A DNA stretch of 64,000 nucleotides from Candidatus Poribacteria bacterium (GTDB lineage: Bacteria > Poribacteria > WGA-4E > WGA-3G), in NCBI GenBank assembly GCA_965205015.1, contig OZ242029.1, positions 1,984,001 through 2,048,000 on the forward strand, given 5' to 3'. A program made the translations under genes and the position numbers. The notes below the pieces were generated by a model. That model was not told the DNA's origin, searched no databases, and saw nothing but the letters and a program-made list of their open reading frames with translations. This document shows, in pieces, positions 57,046 to 64,000 of this stretch. The first letter of the stretch is position 1. Each line of letters begins with the position of its first letter.

Positions 57046-57762
57046 TCAGTTCAAGAATTGTGAAACTTCAAAGGGCGCGATACATTCCGGCGAATCGTTC
57101 GTAGGACGGTTGACGAACCTTGACACCGGGTACGCCTCCATTTCCGCATCGGTATACGGCACAAGAAGGGGTTGAAGCACATCCGATGATCGTTCATCTG
57201 GTACGAGCCATTCCGCATAAGCGTTTTGCGGCAGAATTACCGGCATTCTATGATGAATTTCCTCCAAAAACGCGTTCGGTGGACATGTAATGATCGTGCA
57301 AGAGCGGAGCGGTTCATCCATCCCATCCGCCTGCCATACCTCCCATAATCCCGCGAGTGCGAACGGTTGCTGCGATTTAAGACGGATGTAGACCGGTTGT
57401 TTGTTTCTGTCACCAGGGATCTGTTTCCATTCATAGTAGCCATCCGCTAAGATGAGACAGCGCCTGCGTTTGTATGCGTTCCGGAAGGAGGGTTTTTCTG
57501 AAAGCGTTTCCGAACGGGCATTGATCATCCGATTGCCGATTTTCGGGTCTTTCGCCCAAGACGGAATAAGTCCCCAATGAAAGAATTCCACCTGTCCTGT
57601 TTCTGGATGCTCCCCTGTATCCGGCAATGTATTTGCAATAACAGCGACATCTTGTGTCGGTGCGATATTATAGCGCGGGGACAAGTCCAGCGGCATCCCA
57701 AAGTCGAAGAAAGTTTGATGCAAGGCTTCAGCATCACTTGCGAGGGTAAATCGTCCGCACAT
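57046..57762 (-). CDS. SOS-response-associated peptidase (SRAP/YedK, abasic-site processing)
   Basis: MCGRF, YNIAPTQ, INARSET, GYYEW, HHRMPVIL. Confidence 0.95.
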   Translation of the reverse strand: MCGRFTLASDAEALHQTFFDFGMPLDLSPRYNIAPTQDVAVIANTLPDTGEHPETGQVEFFHWGLIPSWAKDPKIGNRMINARSETLSEKPSFRNAYKRRRCLILADGYYEWKQIPGDRNKQPVYIRLKSQQPFALAGLWEVWQADGMDEPLRSCTIITCPPNAFLEEIHHRMPVILPQNAYAEWLVPDERSSDVLQPLLVPYTDAEMEAYPVSRFVNRPTNDSPECIAPFEVSQFLN

Positions 57763-57780
57763 TTTTAATCTCCTAAAATG

Positions 57781-57807
57781 GAGCAGACACGGAGGTCTGT
57801 TCTTACA
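57781..57807 (-). repeat. REP-like palindrome
   Basis: Minus strand TGTAAGAACAGACCTCCGTGTCTGCTC. Confidence 0.5.
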
Positions 57808-57821
57808 AAACGAGGATTGCC

Positions 57822-58661
57822 CTACACATCCTTTTTAGATTGTGGAACGAGAATATCATCTCTCCAGCGAAGACGGAAGGATGGGCGCACAAGTGCTTCT
57901 GGAGACTGAAGCGTCAAACCCCCATCGGCAGTCAAGACGATTCCAGTAACAAAATCCGCCTCATCAGATGCCAAGAAAAGCGCAGCATTGGCAATATCTT
58001 CAGGTTTCCCGTAGCGACCAATCGGATAGCAATCGCGAGAGGCTTGTTCTTCGAGTGAATCTTCAGCAAGAGAGACTTCACCTCTTTCGCCGACGATCTG
58101 TCCGGGGGCGATAGCGTTCGCACGGATACCATCCCTACCGTAATCAAGCGCAATACTTCGCGTCAGAGCGTTCAGACCCCCCTTTCCAGCACCGTAAAGC
58201 CCAAACCCTGGATTTGTAATTGTAGCGTTGACCGTGGAGATGAACACCAAGGCACCGCCGCCATTACGGATCATTTCAGGAATGCAATACTTCGCACCGA
58301 GCCACGGTCCACCGAGCGTCACGCCAAGGCTTTCGTTCCATTCTTCCGTCGTGAATTCAATCGCTTTTTTGGTGTAAGAATGCGCGGCGTTATGGACAAG
58401 GGTGGTTATTTTCCCATAGTTCGACAAGGCGGTTTCGATAAGGGTCTGCCACGTCGTTTCATCGGCGACATCACCCATGACGGCAATTGCGTGTCCACCC
58501 GCATCTTGAATACGATGGACAGTTTCATCAAGTTTTTCCTTGCGGCGGCGCGTATTAACAACCACTTTCGCACCTTCGCAAGCAAACCTATAAGCAGTCG
58601 CCGCCCCAATACCCCCCCAGGCGGCACCCGCGACAATCGCAACTTTTCCTTCCAGTCTCAT
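57822..58661 (-). CDS. Short-chain dehydrogenase/reductase
   Basis: AGAAWGGIG, HNA, YGAGK, IRANAIAPG, DGG. Confidence 0.9.
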   Translation of the reverse strand: MRLEGKVAIVAGAAWGGIGAATAYRFACEGAKVVVNTRRRKEKLDETVHRIQDAGGHAIAVMGDVADETTWQTLIETALSNYGKITTLVHNAAHSYTKKAIEFTTEEWNESLGVTLGGPWLGAKYCIPEMIRNGGGALVFISTVNATITNPGFGLYGAGKGGLNALTRSIALDYGRDGIRANAIAPGQIVGERGEVSLAEDSLEEQASRDCYPIGRYGKPEDIANAALFLASDEADFVTGIVLTADGGLTLQSPEALVRPSFRLRWRDDILVPQSKKDV

Positions 58662-58763
58662 AATGAATCCTTTCGTTGTGATTCTACAACTTGCCAACTA
58701 TTATAACATATTTTTCACTTTTATGCTACAATGTTAATAACCGTAATGAAGGGAGAAACGCGT

Positions 58764-59123
58764 GTGAAACCAGCGATACAAGAATGGCTCAATAATTGTA
58801 TTGAAAAACTTCAGGCAGGCGAGTTGACCGAAACTGACTTGCGCGATGTAACTGCCGCTTTGAATTCTGAGAAACAACTGATTCTCTATCTCTATTCTAA
58901 ATCAACGAACTTACGCTCACCGCTTGGTGGATGGGCATTATACGATCCAACCGCGCCGGATGAACCAGTACTCCCCTCACAAGATGTTCCGTACGCATCC
59001 GTGCTTGAAGCGGTTAACGATGGGTGGAGAATTGTTCAATTCCCGCGCCCAGAACTTTACAACTTTTCGGATGTCGACAACGCCTATCTTACGTATGAGT
59101 TTGTTTTAGAGAAATTTGTATAA
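58764..59123 (+). CDS. Hypothetical protein
   Basis: GGAG RBS with GTG start; PYASVLEAVNDGWRIVQFP…YEFVLEK. Confidence 0.7.
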   Translation: MKPAIQEWLNNCIEKLQAGELTETDLRDVTAALNSEKQLILYLYSKSTNLRSPLGGWALYDPTAPDEPVLPSQDVPYASVLEAVNDGWRIVQFPRPELYNFSDVDNAYLTYEFVLEKFV

Positions 59124-59135
59124 AGGAAGCGCGCA

Positions 59136-59933
59136 ATGATTAACGTTGAACCCACACTCAATGACCAGCAGGTCATGCAGTTTATCCATAACGGCTATAT
59201 CACCTTAGAGAGCATTATTGATCCAGATTTCAATAAGGCGTGTGAATCTGTACACGGGGGGCATCTCAGCGATTTCGTCCTTACCGATGAATTTCGCCGG
59301 AACGTCTTATTGCACCCGGAAGTCGCCGGGGTCGTCCGTTCACTGTTAGGTGAGGATTTTCTCGTACCGACGAGCGCACATCATCATCTCTTTGAAGCAC
59401 CACACCGCGGGCAAACATGGCATTCCGACGGACTCACCGAATACGGATACGGTATCACACATCTCCAGTGCTACTATTACCCGAAAGAGGTGAAAATTGA
59501 GGATGGTCCGACAATGATATTACCCGGCTCGCACCATCGGCTTGTCGATAGGGAAGCGATCGCACATTACGGGGACATCCTCGGACAACTTTCCCTCACC
59601 GTTCCAGCAGGCACCGTCGCTATGACACGCTACGGTATCTGGCATAAGGCGGGTCCAAAACTCAATCCCGATAGACGCGGGATGATTAAGTTCTCCTATT
59701 TCCGGACAGCAATGCCCACGCGCGATTGGGCGCGGGATTCCGATGAGATTCCGCCTTACCAACATCAAGGACGGCATCCGTACGTAACTGAAGTAGAATC
59801 CTATCGCAACCGACGCAGGGGTGAATTGACATGGAACTGGCTATGCGGATTGGCAGAAGTGCCGGAGGAAATTCCGCCGGTACAGATGTTTAACAGCGGA
59901 ATTCCCTTATCAGAAATCCAACTTCATTTTTAA
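59136..59933 (+). CDS. Phytanoyl-CoA dioxygenase (PhyH) family protein
   Basis: QTWHSD, GPTMILPGSH, IWH. Confidence 0.88.
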   Translation: MINVEPTLNDQQVMQFIHNGYITLESIIDPDFNKACESVHGGHLSDFVLTDEFRRNVLLHPEVAGVVRSLLGEDFLVPTSAHHHLFEAPHRGQTWHSDGLTEYGYGITHLQCYYYPKEVKIEDGPTMILPGSHHRLVDREAIAHYGDILGQLSLTVPAGTVAMTRYGIWHKAGPKLNPDRRGMIKFSYFRTAMPTRDWARDSDEIPPYQHQGRHPYVTEVESYRNRRRGELTWNWLCGLAEVPEEIPPVQMFNSGIPLSEIQLHF

Positions 59934-60073
59934 TTTATGAAGTCTCTGTTCCGTATCGCACCAAGAACCAAGACCGCAACAATACGCAGAAACACCCTAT
60001 CAAAAACACGCGGGCGACTCGAACACGGAAACCATCAAAGTTTTAACCTACATCACTTATCCGCAAGGTAAAA

Positions 60074-60874
60074 TTAAAAACGCGCACCGCACGCTTGCAA
60101 ACATGCCTGCATGTGCCCACGCGATTCTGCCGCAATCGTGCAGCACTGTTCTAAACTGTACTCTTTCGCACCGATCACCTCAAGGTTCAACGGACCCGTA
60201 TAACCGTTTTCATGTAAAACCCGAATATAACCGACGAGGTCAATGTCGCCACGTCCATTCGCCTGCAACTCAGGGTCGCCAGGACCGCGTTGTGTGCCTT
60301 TGCAGTCTCGAATGTGCACGTGTCTGACGCGCGAGATCACCGCAGCAATCGCCTCCACAGGGTTCTCATCCGCACGATGAATATGAGACGGATCCATATC
60401 AATTCCAAACGCCGGTGACGAAATCGCTTCCATGATGCGGAGCGTCGTCGGTGTGTTATAGATGCTCGCGCCCACGTGTGCCTTGACGCAAAGCGTTACA
60501 CCGTAGTGTTCCGCACGTTCGGAGAGACTGCCCAATGAATCGACAACTTCGGGCCATGCGGATTCATCGTCTGACGTACCACCGGGACCGCAGTTAATAA
60601 TCGGGACACCGATCTCAGCCGCAGCTTGAAATGCCTGCTCCATGCGTTCTGGATCGCGTGAGGGTTGTTCCATTGCCAACAGATCGAGTTCGTATTCTTT
60701 CGCGAGCCGTTTGATGTCGGCAGCGAGTTCTTTCCAATTCGCGAGCACGAGATGTTGGCTCATCCCGTCAATCGCTGAGAGTTCAATCCCATCGTAACCC
60801 GCCATCGCGATGTGCTTGAAGGCGATTTCCATATCGTAACCGCCGAATAGTACCGAATTTGCTCCTAATTTCAA
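60074..60874 (-). CDS. Sugar phosphate isomerase/epimerase (xylose-isomerase-like TIM barrel)
   Basis: TTG start with AAGGAG RBS; GYDGIEL, DPSH, HVHIRD, GYTGPLNLE. Confidence 0.85.
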   Translation of the reverse strand: MKLGANSVLFGGYDMEIAFKHIAMAGYDGIELSAIDGMSQHLVLANWKELAADIKRLAKEYELDLLAMEQPSRDPERMEQAFQAAAEIGVPIINCGPGGTSDDESAWPEVVDSLGSLSERAEHYGVTLCVKAHVGASIYNTPTTLRIMEAISSPAFGIDMDPSHIHRADENPVEAIAAVISRVRHVHIRDCKGTQRGPGDPELQANGRGDIDLVGYIRVLHENGYTGPLNLEVIGAKEYSLEQCCTIAAESRGHMQACLQACGARF

Positions 60875-60927
60875 ATGTAAGTTCTCCTTCCGTAGCAGCG
60901 GATGTTGCACCACCTGCGCTACAACAA

Positions 60928-62007
60928 TTATCCTTTCAAAGACGGAAGTGGATGTGGACGTACCACGATACCGCCCTGTTCGTAAGACTCCATCGCCGCC
61001 CAAGTATACTCAAGTGCCGCGAGCGCATCTCTGCCAGAGGCACGTAACTGCTCTTTCGGTACGCCGTTCGTGATGTCCTCTAAAAAGGCATGAATCCTTA
61101 ACGGGAAAGTCTGACCGAAGTCGCTGATGCCAGATTCTGTGACAATAGGTGCGTCAGAGAAGTCGGGAGCACCAGGGGAGGGCCAATAGGTCACCTTCTC
61201 GATGCAGTTCTCGATGCAGAAGGTACCACGTGTGCCTGCGAGTTCGACACTCCACCATCCGCCGAGACCGAATGTGGCATCGCCACGTTGACTCAATAGG
61301 TAGCCGATACACCCGTTTTCAAAACGGAGGTGGATACTGTTAATGGAGACCATTACATCTCCTGCACCCCGTCTAAAATGCGGACGATCCATGAAGGCTT
61401 GAACGTGCGTCACATCACCGCAGAAATGACGCATCACACTGAACGGATGCGACAGGAAGGCCTTCACGTGAAAATAGGGGAATCCATCTGACCGCGGGGC
61501 TTTCGAGTAGCTATAACCGAACTCTCCGCCAGCAAATCCCATTTTGTGAAGGCAGTAAACCATCTCCCCGATGTGTCCATCGTCAATATATTTCTTCGCT
61601 TGCTCTGCAGGCGGTGTAAAATAGTGATTCAGATTACAACCGAGATAGAGGTCCGCTTCCGTGGCTTTGGCTACCATTTCTCGTGCCTGTCCGATATCGT
61701 TAGAGATCGGTTTCTCAACGAGCACATGTTTTCCTTTATCAAGAGCCTCCATTGTGGGTTCGTAATGCCAACTCCCGTTCTCATTCCCACCGGTACCGAC
61801 ATCGACGATGTCCAAATCGGGTTCGCCATCAATCATATCGGCTAAGTTATAGTATGCCTTGACACCGAGACGTTCCGCTGCGGTGTCCGCACGCTCTTTC
61901 ACAATATCACACACCGCAACGAGTTCCGCTAAGTCGTCATTCGTGTGGCAATTCGCATGATTATTACCAATCCCACTCATGCCGACAACGCCAACTTTTA
62001 ATGCCAT
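60928..62007 (-). CDS. Gfo/Idh/MocA oxidoreductase
   Basis: VGVVGMSGIG, GKHVLVEKP. Confidence 0.9.
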   Translation of the reverse strand: MALKVGVVGMSGIGNNHANCHTNDDLAELVAVCDIVKERADTAAERLGVKAYYNLADMIDGEPDLDIVDVGTGGNENGSWHYEPTMEALDKGKHVLVEKPISNDIGQAREMVAKATEADLYLGCNLNHYFTPPAEQAKKYIDDGHIGEMVYCLHKMGFAGGEFGYSYSKAPRSDGFPYFHVKAFLSHPFSVMRHFCGDVTHVQAFMDRPHFRRGAGDVMVSINSIHLRFENGCIGYLLSQRGDATFGLGGWWSVELAGTRGTFCIENCIEKVTYWPSPGAPDFSDAPIVTESGISDFGQTFPLRIHAFLEDITNGVPKEQLRASGRDALAALEYTWAAMESYEQGGIVVRPHPLPSLKG

Positions 62008-62112
62008 TTATCAAAAGTTCCTTCCAGTAATGAAATTTAATTTCGCCTATGGGGAAGACGTGCAGTTTAAATTTATGCTTGCTCGTAACACCCCACAGCG
62101 GCTTTGCACCTA

Positions 62113-62190
62113 ATTATAAGGCTGTTCTCGGTTTTGTCAACAAGTATCTTCGAAAATATCCTTGACAGTATTCCCAATCTATGCTATTTT
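62113..62190. promoter_or_regulatory. Divergent sigma70-type promoters
   Basis: Minus: TTGACA-16 bp-TATAAT (62140-62113). Plus: TTGACA-17 bp-TATTTT (62162-62190). Confidence 0.55.
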
Positions 62191-62202
62191 CTCGTATATA
62201 AC

Positions 62203-62350
62203 CCAAGTTGCTACTTACGAATGGTAAGGGTTTGCAATGTAATACAAGGAACGGATTTATTCTATTCCCAGACGAAATTCGGTATTTCTGCGGATTTCAA
62301 TAACGGTTTTCGAGCACTTCTGCACCCCGCAGGGGTGCTATGTCTATAGA
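62203..62350 (+). repeat. Dispersed non-coding element, copy 2
   Basis: Begins CCAAGTTGCTACTTA, ends CACCCCGCAGGGGTGCTATGTCTATAGA. Confidence 0.55.
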
Positions 62351-62369
62351 GTGGAGGAGGAAACGACAG

Positions 62370-63464
62370 ATGAGTATCAGCGTCGGGATGGTAGGCTTAG
62401 GGATGTTCGGGCCCTCATTTATCCAATCGTATCAGTCACATCCAGATGTGCATCGTCTTGCGCTCTGTGATTTACGTGAAGACCGACTCACAAAATGGGC
62501 AAAGCAATTTGAGATTTCCGAGACCTATACAAGCTTGGACGACATCTGCAAATCGGATTTAGATGCCCTCGTAATTATCACACAACATTGGATGCACGCA
62601 CCGCAGGCGATTCAAGCGATGGAAGCTGGAAAACACGTCTATACCGCTGTCCCTGCCGCTGCATCGTTGGATGAATGCGAAGCCCTTATCAGAACCGTTG
62701 AGCGAACCGGAATGATTTACATGAACGGTGAAACGAGTTATTTCCGTCCCGAAACCGCCTTCTGTCGTCAGAAAGCAGCGGAAGGTGCGTTTGGAGAGTT
62801 CATTCATTGCCGTGCCGAATATTTTCATGACATGGACCACGGACTCTACGACGTCGCGAGAAATCGGTGGGGTGCGCTCTGGGGACGCGACAAGAGTGGT
62901 AATATCCCGATGTACTATCCCACGCATTCAACCTGCTTTCCTATCTCTGTAATGAAGGCACACGCAACATCGGTCTCCGCACAAGGGTACATCTATCCAA
63001 ACGACGATTGGTTTCGGAAGGATACCATTCACAAGAACCCATTTTCCAATGAGGTTGGGCTTTTCACAATGAGCAATGGGGCAACAATGCAAATCTGTGA
63101 GTTCCGACGGATCGGGCATCCCGGATCTGAACGCGTCAGCGGCATCTATGGAACAGAGGGGAGTTATGAACAGAGTCTGGCAGGGTGCGTTTGGGCGAGT
63201 AAACGCGAAAGGGAGATCGTCCAGCCTTCGCAAACACACGAAGAGCTGCCCGAGGTACTCGCAGCGGATCTCGGTGGACATGGCGGTTCACACGCCTATC
63301 TCGTACACGAATTCGTGGATGCTGTCAATCGCCAACGCTTGCCGCGCGTCAACGTTTGGGAAGCAGTTCGGTACTGCGCACCCGGGTTTGTCGCACACGA
63401 ATCTGCACTACGAGACGGAGAATTACTCCCGATTCCAGATTGGGGAGACGCACCCGAAACTTAA
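62370..63464 (+). CDS. Gfo/Idh/MocA oxidoreductase
   Basis: GGAGG RBS; VGMVGLGMFG, AGKHVYTAVP, GGHGGS. Confidence 0.9.
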   Translation: MSISVGMVGLGMFGPSFIQSYQSHPDVHRLALCDLREDRLTKWAKQFEISETYTSLDDICKSDLDALVIITQHWMHAPQAIQAMEAGKHVYTAVPAAASLDECEALIRTVERTGMIYMNGETSYFRPETAFCRQKAAEGAFGEFIHCRAEYFHDMDHGLYDVARNRWGALWGRDKSGNIPMYYPTHSTCFPISVMKAHATSVSAQGYIYPNDDWFRKDTIHKNPFSNEVGLFTMSNGATMQICEFRRIGHPGSERVSGIYGTEGSYEQSLAGCVWASKREREIVQPSQTHEELPEVLAADLGGHGGSHAYLVHEFVDAVNRQRLPRVNVWEAVRYCAPGFVAHESALRDGELLPIPDWGDAPET

Positions 63465-63479
63465 AACAGAAGATTATCC

Positions 63480-63508
63480 TTGATTTTTATTCCATTTTAG
63501 AGTATACT
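63480..63508 (+). promoter_or_regulatory. sigma70-type promoter
   Basis: TTGATT-17 bp-TATACT. Confidence 0.6.
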
Positions 63509-63633
63509 ATACTATTTAAAGGGCTTCTAATGGCTGGATATCATGCAAATCGGCACGCAACCTTCGGCTAAATAGCAAGCAATCGGACATTAATCAACGC
63601 ACACTACGAATCTGAGGCAATAAGGAGTACAGA

Positions 63634-64000
63634 ATGGATACTGAACACGCGGGAGCTTATGATGTATCGGCTATCCCTGCTGATGTTGCCCGCGAAATTG
63701 AAATTTATGAGATTCAACTGGGTCGCGTCCAAGCCGGCCAGGTTGAAGAAACGCTCTTCACCGAATTTAGACTTCGGCACGGAGTTTACGGGCAGCGCGA
63801 TGACCGGTCGCAGATGATTCGGGTTAAAATCCCTTTCGGTGGACTCACAGCAGCACAACTCGAAATGTTAGCGGATGTCGCTGAAGAATTCTCGGATAAT
63901 ATCATCCACATTACGACACGTCAAGATGTCCAATACCACTATGTAGACATCAATAACACCCCTGAGTTAATGCGCCGCCTCGCAAGCGTAGACATTACAA
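63634..64000 (+). CDS. Nitrite/sulfite reductase hemoprotein, 5' part; runs off the window and is absent from the ORF track
   Basis: TAAGGAG RBS; FRLRHGVYGQR…MIRVKIPFGGL…HITTRQDVQYH. Confidence 0.9.
   Translation, partial: MDTEHAGAYDVSAIPADVAREIEIYEIQLGRVQAGQVEETLFTEFRLRHGVYGQRDDRSQMIRVKIPFGGLTAAQLEMLADVAEEFSDNIIHITTRQDVQYHYVDINNTPELMRRLASVDIT

Noticed and set aside
63530-63571. 13-aa leader peptide or SAM riboswitch before the sulfite/nitrite reductase
   Set aside because: No Cys or Met run, weak RBS, and no SAM-I/II/V consensus.

Overview
Bacterial chromosome, roughly 48% GC by eye, with standard TAA/TAG/TGA stops. The gene content points to Candidatus Poribacteria (inference, not a database result): PD40/TolB-like proteins ending in a '[LI]xTxWxxLK' tail, microcompartment genes, Uma2, PhyH, Gfo/Idh/MocA, a DUF6785-type membrane protein and a serpin. 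In order the window holds lpdA; a PD40-protein cluster with one truncated copy; ggt; gltB behind a long structured leader; a large acidic outer-membrane protein with ExbB-ExbD-ExbD; envelope genes; a small microcompartment locus; TPR, phosphoesterase, peptidase, serpin and msrP; a short low-GC patch with an IS remnant and small repeats; a ~14 kb Cus-type heavy-metal locus; a toxin-antitoxin-rich patch; catabolic oxidoreductases; and the 5' end of a sulfite/nitrite reductase. The best candidate for a novel system is the metal locus. Its outer-membrane barrel gene appears to start at 32997, not 33114, and reads signal peptide-QES-C-P-A-TGA followed by a hairpin, a candidate CxxU selenoprotein. 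It lies directly behind a Cys-rich leader ORF ending in an RGPP arrest-type motif and ahead of YHS, two TolC, CusB and CusA genes.
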